A stretch of DNA of 64,000 nt from Nymphaea colorata (taxonomy: Eukaryota), in NCBI RefSeq assembly GCF_008831285.2, contig NC_045138.2, forward strand, positions 7,440,001 to 7,504,000, read 5' to 3'. The notes under the pieces were generated by a model. That model was not told where the DNA came from. It did no database searches and worked only from the letters and a program-made list of their open reading frames with translations. Shown one piece after another: positions 1 through 13,433 of this stretch. Both the position numbers and the translations under genes were made by a program. The first letter of the stretch is position 1, and each line of letters begins with the position of its first letter.

Positions 1-2590
1 CGTTTGAGCACACATACTGATTGAGATATGAAGGTGGGTGTCTTGGGCGGCTTGATTTTCGTATGGTGGGTTCAGATTGGGATGAAATGGAAGAATTAGG
101 ATGGTTGACTGGTTCAGTAGACACGAGATGAGTAGGTGGAATGGATGGCGACATTGGTGGAGCTGGCTCAGGCGCACTTACAATTGGAGAGTCACTTTCT
201 TCACTCATATAGTCTTCTTGTGGTGTTGGCAGCACAGGTGAGTTCAAACCATCATCATTTTGAAATTGGAATGGGAACCAGTCTTCATAAAATACCACAT
301 CACGACTTATAAAAATTTCTTTGGAGTCAAGATTATAGACTTTATATCCTTTTTTATTTGAAGGATATCCTACAAAAATGCATCTATATGCACGTGTGGT
401 AAATTTATCTCGGTGTACACTCATATTTCGAGCATAACATAGACATCCAAATACACGCAAATCTTCATAGATGGGTGTTTTATGAAACAAGAGTTCAAAA
501 AGAGATTTATTATTCAAAATAGGGGATGGGAGACGATTAATCAAGAAGGTGGCTGTTAAAATACATTCGCCCCAAAACTTAATAGGTAAGTGTGCATGAA
601 AACGAAGCGCTCGGGCGACTTCAAGTAAGTGACGATGTTTTCTTTCAACTCTTCCATTTTGTTGCGGTGTCGCAACACATGAAGTTTGGTGTTCGATCTC
701 ATGCATATAAAGAAATTCTTGCATATTATTTGCAAGAAATTCTGAACCATTGTCACTTCGAAGACATTTAATTTTGGTATGAAATTGGTTTTCTACCATA
801 GCATGGAACCGAGTGAAACAAGAAAAAGTTTCAGACTTAAAACGCATTAAGAAGACCCAAGTTGCACGAGAGAAATCATCAACTATAGTGAGGAAGTAGT
901 GCGCTCCAGTATGTGAGGGCGGGGCATATCCTCCCCAAATATCGCAGTGAAGTAATGCAAATGGAAAACTTGCTCTACTACTACTATGAGAAAAGGGCAA
1001 GCGAGAGAACTTAGCTTTATGACAAGCATCACATAGAAATTCATGCTTGGAAATAAGAACATCAGAATTCAAAGATTGAGTTTTGTCAAACGACGGGTGT
1101 CCAAGTCTCATATGCCAAACATGAGATTTATTAAGGGAAGAAACAGAAAGAGCATGAGAACTGGCCGGTAATCGTAGATGATACAGTCCGCCGCATAAGC
1201 TACCCACTCCAATCAGCCTCTTCGACAAACGGTCTTGAAAGAGACAACAAGATGAGAGAAAAACAGCAGCATAGTCAGTGGTTTTTGTGAGTTTAGGGAT
1301 TGACAATAGATTGTATCTAAATTCTGGTATGTAAAGTACATCTATAAGTATGAGGTTCGGCTGGAGTTCTATGGTTCCTGTATGAGTAGCTGAAAGTTGT
1401 TGGCCATTTGAAAGATTAATAAGGCGAACTTTGGGTAGAGGAATGACATTGGTCATCTAGTGAAGTTGGGGAGTCATATGGTCTGAGGCTCCGGTATCAA
1501 TAATCCATGGTAAATGATGGGAGGAATTGAGTATATGCTTACCTGCGACGTTTGCGGCAGCAGGTTTGTCATCAGCACTAAGCCATGCCGTTAATTTACT
1601 GAGTTGATCTTCAGTCAGCTGAGAGAGAACTGTAGCAGCAGTAGTGACATTTGCCGAGGATCCATGTTGAGTGTGTCCGCCTTTACCCATTTCAGAAGAA
1701 GCTTTAGATTTTGGATGGTTAGGCGGGTAGCCATGTAATGCATAGCAGCGTGCTTGGATATGCCCAAGTTGACCACAGTGGTCACATTTTGGACGTGGCC
1801 TGTTCTTCATGTATTGCTGTCCTCTTGGCTGAAACTTTTTGTTATAAGAAGGTAACGAATTTACTGCTAAAGCAGTATTTTCAGAACTTAAGAGCTGCGG
1901 AACTAGTAGTCACCGAGTTTCCTCTTGTAGCACAAGGGAGTAAACCTTGTTAATATTGGGTAATGGATCTATGGCAAGAATCTGGCTTCTAATGTTGCCA
2001 TACGATTCATTGAGTCCCATCAAAAATTGATACACTTTCTCACGATCTTGACAAGAATTAAACTCTTTAAAAGCACCACAAGAGCATGTAGGAATAGTAG
2101 AATATGAAGCAATTTCATCCCATAAAGTCTTTAGACGAGTAAAATAATTTGGTAAGGAATATTGCTCTTGTCGTAGATCAGAAACCATCTTCTTCAATTG
2201 ATAAATGCGAGAAGCATTACCTTGAGAAAAACGATCTTGTAGATCATTCCATACCTCACGAGCCTCATTGGCATAGATAACGCTGTTAGCGATTTCCTTT
2301 GAAAGTGAGTTGAGAAGCCATGAATGCACCAAATCATTGCAGCGGATCCAAGCTTTGTAGTCTGGACTGTTTAACGAGGGTTTGGGAATGGAACCATCAA
2401 TGAACCCAAATTTGTTCTTTGCACTTAAAGCCATCTTCATGGCCCTCTGCCATGTTGCATAGTTGTCACCGACTAAAGGGCTGGTCACAAGAATAGCACC
2501 AGGATTATCCGAGTGATGCAGGAGAAAAGGTGACGCGTTGGCTTCAATTTGATCATCACCATTATTGTGAACACCCGACACGGTAGCCAT
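1..2590 (-). pseudogene. Ty1/copia gag-pol (gag, zinc knuckle, protease, GAG-pre-integrase, integrase), with two in-frame stops; runs off the window start
   Basis: Gag HHSDNPG...LVGDNYATWQRAM...KNKFGFIDG; knuckle CDHCGQLGHIQARC; protease WIIDTGASDH; WHMRLGHPS; integrase HCDIWG, IVDDFSR, RSDNGSEF, TPQQNGRVERKHRHLLE. In-frame TGA at 1910-1912 and TAG at 1457-1459. Confidence 0.95.
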
Positions 2591-2686
2591 GAGAGCAGGA
2601 CAAAAACAGGGCACAGCAGAATGAAAAACAGGGCACAAAACTGAGAAACAAGAGAGTAGAAAACCAACTCTCTTACCCACACGGGT

Positions 2687-2698
2687 GCTCTGATACCA
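2687..2698 (-). promoter_or_regulatory. Primer-binding site (initiator tRNA-Met) of the copia element
   Basis: Minus strand TGGTATCAGAGC immediately after the LTR-terminal CA. Confidence 0.9.
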
Positions 2699-3037
2699 TG
2701 AGAAAATAACAGTAAGGAAAAAGAAGAAGATACTCAATTGGAAGAATCGTAACTTCTCTGTATTGCTATTGTCAATATTTCATCCTAATATACACGGTAG
2801 CAAGAATTTAGGGATATGGAGTTACAACGGTTTCTTTGTTACAACAAAATTTGGAAACAATATCTTGACTAATAAATAAGATTTTATCTTCAAAATCCAA
2901 ACTGATTCGGTAGCCATCCTGCTAGTCATCCTACAGCAGCGACAGTGATGGTGGCAGCTCTGGACCGCACAGCTCTCTCTCTATTTTGAAGTCGGCCTTT
3001 GCACGCAGCAGCCACTTTGCTAATTGCTCTCTTGTCA
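2699..3037 (-). mobile_element. 5' LTR of the copia element (~340 bp)
   Basis: TG..CA bounded and abuts the PBS; the outer end is where homology to the duplicate block at ~43026 begins. Confidence 0.75.
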
Positions 3038-5015
3038 GTCCATGCGCAGTTTCAAGGCCCGGGCCCAGGCTGCTGTAAGCGCGATGAGCCCCTGGCCTAT
3101 CCAGTTTTACTTCTTATTTTAATTTGATTTGTTGATTCTTTAAACTTTTTCACTTTTTGATTTGATTAAAAAAACGATTTTGACAACATTCGTTTAATTT
3201 CAAGTCGAGCAAAGCGAGCTTAATTGAGTCTAGTTATTGTAACCCAAAATTGACTCATTTAACATTTCAAGTATAAGTGAAACTTGAGCTCGATTTGTTT
3301 ATCAATGAGTCAAGTTTTTTTTTTAGTGAATTTGAGTTGGATTCCTTTTCACAGTGGTTAAGCTACCGCAAAAAACATCCCTTGATGCATTCATTGATTG
3401 CATAAGATAGTTTAGCTAAACATTTGTAATTACATAAAATAGTTTAATAAAACTTGGGGTTTAATTCTTGATTTTGAAATGTGAAGTTATTTTCAAATAC
3501 TTCATCTGATCAATTCTCTTTTTCTAAATACTTATCTAAAGCAACCATTTTATCAACTGAATAAAATTTTTATGAGGTTGCATGTCTACAAAAATGATAT
3601 GTTTGATTAATTATTAAAATAATTTGTTGAATCAACAATTTATTTATATGACTTTCATACTTTTTCCATATTAACTGTTCATATTGAACTATGATTTTTA
3701 TATTTTTAAATAACAACAAATTTTAATTTAGTAGACAATTTTTTTATAATGATCACTTATTAATACTTATGAAATCAGGTGACCCATATTAGTTCTCATT
3801 TATAAAATACATTGTTTAAGAAAATTTTCTCATTTTGTTGAGTTTATTAAAATAATTTGCTTTACATCATATAAAGAGTGTTCAATGATATCAAACCTTT
3901 ATTCGCTCAACATCACCACTAGCTCTTTGGGTTAGTCTTCTTAGTATATTAGTTTTCTTGATTACATAAATAGAACAACTTATAAATTGATCTATTTGCC
4001 CATTGTATTGTTTATCTTTCAAACAAATTGTTTCATTTCCACTTCAAATTATTGAATTGATTTGATGGTTCAAATATTCAATAAACCTTTTTTTCCTATT
4101 AGTTAAAGGTTTTTGTTTTTAAATAGGTGAAGTATGTGTTATATATCAAATAAGCAAAAATTTTTAGTCAAATTGTAAGATTATACAAAATAATTTATTT
4201 GATTAATTAATTTAATGATAAATTGACAAACAAAACCTTTTTTTTAAGAGTTTGGCAATTTTTTCGTATTAAATATATTTATTTGATATTAATTTTCATA
4301 TTCTAAAAATGTCAATTTTGTTGAAATTTATTAATTGAAGTTTTATTTATTATTTACAATTAAATAAACACTTTATTTAAGATATCCTGCTTGATGCCTT
4401 AACTATAATAGTTTGATTGATTACATAAAAATGTTAAATTAAAGACAATATTAATTAATTAAGTAAAATTATTTTGTACGATGTAATAGTAAATATTTTA
4501 AGTCAAATGGTGTATATGGAAACTATATAACCATCATTATTTCATAACTACATTAAAGTCATTAGCAACTAGTCGAGCTAATCTTTATATAAAAATTATA
4601 TTCTTATCATACCATGATGTTAAGTTGGCGTGTTTGACTAGACGTTTTGCCCAAAACAACTTACCATTGTGGTAGGTGGCTTAGAAATCAGCTCTCACGG
4701 CAGCTCACTTTGGATTCGGATATCAGCTCATGGTTCAGATTCAAATATCAAGTTACACTTGAGATTCAGATATACTTGTTAAGATGTTTATTATCCGATC
4801 AGATAGTTATTTAAAACCGAATCTGATCGGATGTTATTTCTTAAATCTGAATCCGATAAATATCTTGGTATGATATATCTGATTTTTTCGAAAGCGATTC
4901 CGACGGATATTTGATCTATTGACATCTCTAGTTGCAGTACCCATCACATCACTTAGGAAGATAGAAAGTAACTAGTAAGAGAAAATGGAAGAGAGGTAGA
5001 GGGTTGGCAGAATAG

Positions 5016-5427
5016 TAGGGATGGGCATCGGGCCGTTTTGGCTTGGTAAAACCTGGCCCGAGTCAGCCTATCGGGCCCGAAACCTGGGACCGGGCCCGGC
5101 CCGATATCCCCGGTCCCTGCCTGGGCCCAGCTCGATGGGGGAAATCGGGAAAGGGGAAGAAGGAGAGGAGGATGGGGGACGGGAGGAGGAGGGGGGATGG
5201 GAGGAGGGGTGACGGAAGGGGGAGGTGGTGGAGGCGGAAGGGGAGAAGGGGGAAGAGGAGGTGGAGGTAGAGGTGGAAGGGGGATGGGAGGAGGAGGAGG
5301 AGGAAGAGGGAGGAGGAGGGGGGACGGGCTGGGCCGGGTACTCGCTGGGCAGCATCATTGGGTCCGGGCCCGGGTCGGGGCCAGGTACCGGGTTCTCGCC
5401 GACGGCCTGGCCCGATGCCCAGGCTTA
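5016..5427. mobile_element. hAT-type MITE with a G/A-rich core
   Basis: TIRs TAGGGATGGGCATCGGGCC / GGCCCGATGCCCAGGCTTA; 8-bp TSD CAGAATAG (5008-5015) / CAAAATAG (5428-5435); absent from the duplicate at ~44810. Confidence 0.88.
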
Positions 5428-5757
5428 CAAAATAGATGGGGCTGGCCGGCGGTGAGTTTTCTTTTTGAATTTGTATGTTAACTCAATATTATAAAAAAAA
5501 AGTACCGATATGTAAATTCAATATATCACTGAAAGTTTGTTTGACACCATAACTGATGAGAAAAAGGCATAACCTTCATCTTCATCTATAAGCCAGAAGG
5601 TATTTTTGTTGCCTGCTGAGCCCCAGGGGAGTTGGACTACTTCTTTAAAAATCGTTTCGTTGGGGGCACGCGGGGTTAACTGTATTAAGTCTAAGTCAGT
5701 AACGACTTAGAAAAATTATGCTATGAACCATATTAAAAAAAAACATAATTATTTAAC

Positions 5758-5983
5758 TAGTGGCAAAGCAAAAAAAAATTATCAAAAAAGCACTTACCTT
5801 AATAGATTTGATGCTAATGAGGCATTGACGTGAGTCTATTATAGGCATCATCACATTTAGCTGGACTTAGATAGAACCCCTTTTTAATAAAAAATTTCAA
5901 AAGCTGGTATTGGTTGGAGTAAGCAATGGCCCACACCAGCCTACACATGGCTTTGAACCAGCCCATACATGGCTCAGCTACTA
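5758..5983. mobile_element. MITE (TAGTGGC...GCTACTA family; relatives at ~9566-9742, ~55170-55281, ~57640-57817)
   Basis: Absent from the duplicate block at ~45130; subterminal GCAA(T)TG(G)CCCACAC motif shared with the other copies. Confidence 0.65.
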
Positions 5984-6200
5984 AAGTTAAGTATACTGTC
6001 CGTTTGATGTCTCGATTTTTTATTTTTTTATTTTTTATTTTTTTTTACTTTAGGAAACTAATCTGGCATTCAATCTGAAACAATGTAATTCTCACACCAA
6101 AAGAACGATCGGGTCCCTCCCTGAAACAAAAAAAGTTTCCCATAAAGGCAAAGCATTTCGGTATAGGAGGACAACAGCCGGCCGGAAGGCCGACTCCAAC

Positions 6201-6772
6201 TCAGTGATGCACGACAACCACATCGTACTGCACGGAGGCATCGCCGGTGTTCATGTCGAGCCAATGCGTCCTGAGCAGGGCATAGCCTCTGGCCATCCGG
6301 AAGGCGCCGCTGCCGCCGACGACCGGCATCTCCCTCAACTTGTGAAACGCCGAGTTCCGGCCGATGATGCTGAGAGTGCTGCCGTTGTACTCCCCTCAGT
6401 GAACACCAGTTTCATGCTCATCAGCAGCCCCAGATCCTGCTGCGACGCTGATGCGTAGATCCCCTGGCACCTCCCCACTTGCTTGGACGTCAGCTCCGGC
6501 CCCTCTGTCAGCGGGTTGTCTGAACAGAGCCGAAGCCAGTGGAGTAATTGAGAGAGGGACCCTGCACGATGGTGATGCTGGTGGGATTCTTACCGCTCAC
6601 CACGTCGTGCCAGTAGAAGCGGAGGCGGGTCACCTTCTCTTTCCTCAGCGGCCTTGGCCTTCGTAACCGGTGGCCGGGATCCTTGGCACGGGATCCTTGG
6701 CACCGGCGACGCCGGTGGTAGCGATGAAGAGGAAGAGCGTGAAAAGGATTTAGGAAGGAAGCCGTTGTCCAT
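6201..6772 (-). pseudogene. DIR: Dirigent protein pseudogene (DIR copy 1)
   Basis: Nearly identical to 45337-45909 but with a 7-bp deletion (~6743), 14-bp duplication (6676-6703), 7-bp deletion (~6520) and 1-bp deletion (~6390); the ORF from the ATG stops after 60 aa. Confidence 0.93.
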
Positions 6773-6873
6773 AGTGATGCTTGATGGAGGGGAGGAGAGG
6801 AGAGGAGAGGAGAGGGACTCTATCTGTCCTGAGAAAGAATGGGTGTCTTCGGTGTCTGTAATATTGGCATTTT

Positions 6874-6907
<34 letters not shown>

Positions 6908-9434
6908 GAAGAAGAAGAAGAAGAAGGGTTTTGTTCTAGAAGGTTTGCCTTTTCCTGTTTCTTGTTTCTTTTCTGGTAAGCAGGCAAGATTGACATCCGC
7001 CGTTCTTGTGGGAGTCATGGACACCGAGATTTCTTCTGGGTTGAACGAAATTAAGGCGAGTGCTGCGCTTTAATTGCTGGTGGTCTACTTTTTAAACGCC
7101 TATCGATTTTGTGAAAGTAGAAGTTTGACAAAGTTGGTTTCCTTACGTCTCTCTCATCTCTGCTTCTGAACTTTACTGAGCAAAAAGAAATGCACATGAG
7201 CCACTTGTTATACTCTGGTTCTTGCCCAATCCACCCACCATGGACTTTCTTTCTATTTCTTTTTATCTCTATCCCTTACAAAAGATTTTACAATAATGAG
7301 GTAGGCTTCCGCTCACATTTTACATTAATAATTGAGTATTAGTTTCCATTTCAAAAAATAAGATAGATTCATGGAACACTTTAAAGAGGAAATGTTTCAT
7401 AAACAGGAATCTACCAAATTTTTTGAGACAAATACATGAAACAGTTCTCAAACAATCCATAAGGAGATGTTTGAGAATGTAGAACTGTAAAATTATAATT
7501 TTCATTTTTTATGAAATTGGAATTGCATTATCAAACAAGGAATTTTGATTCCGCAATTATAGGTTCTTGAACCAAATTTTGTTATTATAAATTTTAAAAA
7601 GAAGCAATTTGCAAATTTATTAACTAAAGAGCATTTTTTCTATTAATTAGAAGTGTAAAGTTTGGAGGATTTTTTGTGTTATGACTGGCAATGTGGATTA
7701 TGTCTTAGGAGAAGAAAATGATAAAAATATCCTTGCCATAAGAACCCTGTAAAGGCAAAAGTGGAATGAGAAAATCGTAGAAACATCGGAGCATGTTATT
7801 TACGAAGACCCTGATAAGATACCATGTGTTATGGTTTCCAAATCGTGAAAAAACTCCACTAGTTAAATGAAAGACCCTTCCCTAAGGGTAACATAGAACT
7901 TGGAAAAATTTTACCCTAAAAAGTACTAAAATGCGTTTGATAAAAAGTAAGAATATGTTTTCCCATGTTAACTGCCTAACACACAAAGTGCCTTCTTAGG
8001 AATACGGCTTCCTAGAAAACGTTTATTAACTAGAAATAAATAAAAAACATTCACCAAAGGGTAAGAATGTGTTATAATGGAATATTGAAAAGGTTCACAG
8101 ACGCTTTCTGTTTTTCAAGGGCACTGAAAGTTCACTTCAACCAATACTAGCGATATTATTAAATATCACCCGGTATCGGCGCATATGAGCCCTTGCATAT
8201 CATATTATTTATAATACTTTAAACTCATTTGGAAATCTTTATATTACATTAAAATAAAAAAAGTGGTGGTATGAGAGAGAGAAAAAAAAGAGGTCGGATT
8301 CTTTTAAGCCTTGTTGAGTACGTTATTGAAAAAACCGACTACTTTGGAGAGCAGTAACGGAGAGAGAAAGACTTATGCCTTATTGAATATGTTATTCAAA
8401 GAAGCCAACAACTTTGGGGGACCAGAAAATGAGGAAAAGGTGGTGAGTAAAAGGACAATGGTGGGACGCGACATTGACAAGTTGTGATGACCATATTGAG
8501 AAATCCTGAACCGTGACCTTGACTTCATCGCATGATCTCATTTGGAAGAGCCAAAAGAAACTGTAATTTAACAAGAATTACAGGGGGAGCCTTTGGATGA
8601 CGCACTCACCTAATTCAGTTATGTGAAAATCCAGTTGAATGAAAGCTAACTTATGTTTTGTTTGTCACCAGCACCACATGTAGGGCTGGGCATCCGGAGC
8701 ATCTGGCTTTATAGGGAAAAAATCGACTCGGACCATCTTGAGCTCGGGTTTCAGGTAGTAGTGGACCCAGAAAAATTAGTTGGAAGGACACTTATTTAAA
8801 AATACTCAAATCTGACGGGGCACACACACACACACACATATATATATAAAATATGCTGAGTTAAAAATAAAAAACTTTTAAGAGGCTGGTGTGCCACTGG
8901 TTTCAAACAGTAGACCCCATTGCGTATCTGGTCGGGATAATAACATTCTAAAAAGCAAGTCTTTAATTTAATTGCCATGGAGGCTACACCTTTACATAAA
9001 GGATGGAGTGTAGTACTTTAGTTAAAGGGTCCACTGCTGTCGTCACTACATCCATATAACATAGGACCCTCAAGGCAAGGAAGATAGGTGCCTTCTTGCC
9101 TCTTTTATGGACAATGAGTTGTTAACATCATTTTCACTAGAAAAACTTGTTTTATTTGTTTATGTGAAGCACCCAAAACCTATATATATATATAACATAA
9201 CAGGAGTGATCAGGCTTTTCACTCTTTCTAATCAAATCAAATGTTGTCAAAATTAGGTTTCTTTCAAACCCAGTCTTAATTAGACCCAAACATACTAACA
9301 GCCTGGTTTTAATGTATCATCCAAATGCCACCATAAGTTAGCTTTTGAATTATAGTCATGCTCAAGTGTTAGAAAACCAGTAGTCTAACACTAATTTATG
9401 AGGTTGGCTTTGCTTGTCAACAAATAAACCCTGA

Positions 9435-10160
9435 TTGTGGTTGAGACCTCCCCGCCAAGGGAGGGAAGGTGAGGCAATCAATGGGGCAATGGAGATCGGC
9501 AGCAGTGAGGAGTTTCCTCCCTTGGGCAATGCCTCACGTGAGGCGGGTGGTGTGTGTGATAATCACTCGTGGAGCCAGAAATTTTTTCTGATGGGGTACT
9601 TATTCTATACCTTTAATTTGATTGGGGTACTTACATATATAACAATCAAATATATCAATACATTGACATATATTTTTAACTAATTTTGTGAAGCTAGTGT
9701 GGGCAATTGCCCACACCAATCACCATGTGGCTCCCCCACTGGTGATAATGGTGGAGCTTACAAGAGTTCTTAGATTAGGGCCTTTAGGTTGTGGGCCTCC
9801 ATGGTATCATGCATGCCCCCGGAAGCCGCTCCGTATGAAGCACCGCGTGCCCCAGAAAGCTGCTCCAAATGAAGCGCCTCTCAAGGTGGCGGAGGTAGAG
9901 GGCCGGACAAGAATCCTCATCTCTATGGATGACTACACTCAGATGACTTACCTTTGGAACACCAAGGTTTTCAAGGCAGTGGCTGCCAGTTTCCAAGGGG
10001 AGTTCATTGAAATAGATGTTGCCACCAAGAATGTGGAGGGCAATGGCTTTACCAGATCTGTGTGGACACTTTCTTCAGGGCTGAGACTAGAGATGGACTT
10101 AGTGCCGAGTAAGGGGATGATTTTAGTGCAACCAATAGTTTATGAAATCCATCTATAGCG
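9435..10160 (+). mobile_element. LINE (L1) ORF1 remnant, interrupted by a MITE at ~9566-9742
   Basis: SSEEFPPLG N-terminal motif and YLWNTKVFKAVAASFQGEFIEIDVATKN..GFTR..QPIVYE, resembling plant L1 ORF1. Confidence 0.6.
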
Positions 10161-10399
10161 GGCGATGCTGGTCTGAAGTATATTGAATGTTATATTGTTG
10201 TGTTAAGATTGAAGCTTTATTATTATGTTAATAGTGATATTTTTATTGTTTTATAAATCATGGGCTTCATTTCGGATGACTTTTACTTCATGCATGATCA
10301 TGTTGTTGATAATGGGATAAATGATTAAGCATGCTTTCAACGTGTTTTGAAGGTTCTATCATCTCTATGTCTTATATATTAATATGTAGTTATGCTCAT

Positions 10400-10912
10400 T
10401 TTTAGGTTCTATCTCACAAAAGAAGATGACAAAATCAGGATGCAGCCGATGTTTGGCAGTTGATGTTTGGCAGTTGCAAATGTGTCCTCTGGCAAAAATT
10501 AACAATACATTGCAACAAATTTGGCCAGCCAATAGAATGTGATATATCCACTCTTAGATATTACATGGGCTTTTTAGTAATTAATGGATCACATTTGAAA
10601 GGTGGAAAGACATGCCAGATTAGTATAAAGATGACTTGTGGGATCATAGCCAATTACAGTCTCCTTATGTTTTACTATGAATTATGGCAATGTATGTACT
10701 ATATTCTTCAGATTCAGGATAAGTTCATACTTGAGAAACAAGCGAAAGGTTGGGGCATTTGTCCTTGAAAGTCCAGTGGAAGGATTATAAGCATGGAGTT
10801 AAGCAGAACACATTGATCATCATAAAAGAGATAAAGATTGAAAAACATATTAAAAATGCATGACTGAGGAACAATGGAAAAATCCTAAAAATTATTGGAA
10901 CTTTGGCAAGGT
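10400..10912 (+). mobile_element. CACTA/En-Spm ORF2 (TnpA-like) remnant
   Basis: IHCNKFGQPI...YMGFLV.NG, IQDKFIL and WKDYKHGVK motifs with stops and frameshifts; no TIR found. Confidence 0.55.
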
Positions 10913-13433
10913 AATTATATAGGCATACTGCATAATATATTTTAATGGGTTTATTCTTATTAGGTAGTAATATTATATTCCTTTTATACTCTATCAAAAG
11001 TGATCTTTATTTTCTATGCTATGATTAAAGGGAATATTTGGGGAAAATCTTATGAAGTTTTTTTTTTCATATGTTTCTATATTTTTAGGAACAAATCAAG
11101 AGAAATAATGCAAATGATGTTTCAACACATACTTATATACTTGTTCATTTATATTTACTAAAAAAAAAGTTTAGTTTATGTCTTTATTTACTAAAAAAAG
11201 TTTTAACAAAATATTTTTATTTGAAGATTTGTTGTACTAGAGTTCTAGTACATGAAATTTTATTTGCTTTTATCAGAGATGGCTGGTTGGTATGGATTTA
11301 GATTGTGTCATATTAAAAGTAAGAAAACAAAAATCTTTGTGTTGACTTAAGAGAACTAGATTGTTATTTGGGACGAGATATTCGTTATCTTTTCCTATTG
11401 TTGTATTTGGATCTATGTTGATATGATCTGAATTTGTATATTTGAACTGGTGAAATCCATATTACATAAAGTTTAGATTCAGATCTAAATTGACTTGCTT
11501 TAATACTTTTGAGTATGATTGTATAGTGATATTTGTTGCCATTGTAGATCCAAAATCATTCTAAGAACTATTGAATAAAGCTTTATTTGCTCATTTTTAT
11601 GAAAATGAATTTGTTTTTAATACATGCTCAAGAGGTGTAAGGTAACACTCTTGAACTAAAATCTATCTATGCAAGAATGTGTTTATTTGAAGCTTTATAG
11701 CAGTAAAGTGCCAGTAGATGATAACTTTATTTTCTTTAAAGAGAGATGGACTAGTATTGATCTGAAGATGAATTACTTCAAAGGTAAAGAAAAAAAAATC
11801 CTTTGGCCTTGCATAAGAACTATGATGTCATTTGGATCCAAATATAGTTGTTGAATCGTATTGTATAAGATTTCAATGAGGATTATGTGTTCTAAATTAA
11901 GATTAATTGTATTATGGATATTGTTGGTTTGGATCCAAGCTAATATAATCTGAATATTTATTTATATAGCATTTGGTATTGGATCTATTTTATTGCTTGA
12001 GATCTACCTTACATACAACCTTGATTCAAAATTGAAAATGTATATTTGAATATATGGTTAAACATCCCTATCCTCATTATATTAGATCCAATGATGTTAT
12101 GCTATTTGTTTACTTGTGGATCCAGCTAATGCTAGTATGCTACTAAGTAAGTTATTGTTTGAGAATGAACTTGTTTTTTCAATAGCTGCCATGAAGTGTA
12201 AGATGACACTCATGAATATAATAGATTCATATTGAGATCTTTGAAGATCTATAAGGCATGTCAAAATGCAGATTGAGAAATTAAAGAATATGTCTGCAAA
12301 TACATATATTCTAGATACCAAATAAAGTAGGGTCTATGATGTTTTTTATGCATGAGATGGAATTATTTCAATAGTAGAAATAAAATAACTCATTTGATGA
12401 TCAAGTTTGATCGATTTAATATGTTAATAAGCAGTCAGACAATGAACCGACTGAGTTAGTTTGACAATGAACCAACTAAAGCTTATTAATGCATTCAATG
12501 ATCATCTTCTGGATCGATTTATGAATCAGTGAGGAGAATAGCCAACTAAGTCCAATTCTTTTATTCTTCAAAGATTGATAATTGTCACAAAGGTCTATAG
12601 CTTTGTGACTATACTATTGTTGTTGCCTATATTTGTTTGTGAAGCTACATAGTGACCTTGATGAAATAAATAAAAAATCTAACATGCAAACAAGCAATTT
12701 GTTCATATGTATTACCTATATATTTGTTCATGGAAATTTCTTTATGAATGGTGAGTTAAATTAAATACTTTCTATGAAAGGGTATATTGATAAAGATTGT
12801 TGTACGATAGTCTGTCATGTAATGGTTCCCTTTTTTTTGTTAGATAGTCATAATGATGATTAGCATACTACCAATCAAGAAGATGACTATGTGACAATGA
12901 AAAGTGGGAGCCTATTTGACTACAGAACAAGGTTGCCATTCCACTGAAGATCTAGCACAGGCTGGCCGATGCCCATGTCTAGGTTTCAAAAGGTCAAGTA
13001 AGAAACAAACTAAACATAAAAGCTACAAAAACTATCAAAAAATAACACTCACAAATTGAATTGAAAACCCGTCATGTGTGCACCCTTCCACCAACCAGCC
13101 ATACTGAATCAAACTAATTATAATAAAAAAGTAACAAAAGGACTATTCCAGATCTGACCCATGTCGGGGGTCGAACTTAATTGGCGTTGACCCAAAGCAA
13201 GAGTCGTGGCAAAGGAAACAAAGTCTATAAAAGATGATATGAAACTTCATTAAGACAAGGCAGGGAGCCTCGTCAGAATAACTTGTTATCTATCTTGAAT
13301 TCACATCTTTCATTGAACAGACACATGGATGTAGAAGAACTCATTAATTTTCTAAAAGAGCAAGCGCTGGCTGCTTAGTCTTTAGTGCGTGAGGCATTGA
13401 TCCTTGTGAACATTAAATCTCATCAGTTGGAAG

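Larger units (their letters stand above)
3038..9550. repeat. Duplicated block, copy A (pairs with ~43026-48580), containing DIR copy 1
   Basis: Collinear matches throughout, e.g. 3050 TTTCAAGGCC vs 43037, 4940 CCCATCACATCA vs 44739, 9387 AACACTAATTT..GGCTTTGCTTGTC vs 48217, L1 5' fragment 9452 vs 48481. Confidence 0.92.

Noticed and set aside
5021..5481. Gly/Glu/Pro-rich ORFs
   Set aside because: Low-complexity tract inside a TSD-bounded MITE.
9136..9146. CACTAGAAAAA as a CACTA terminus
   Set aside because: Lies within the duplicated block, differs in copy B, and no partner TIR or TSD was found.
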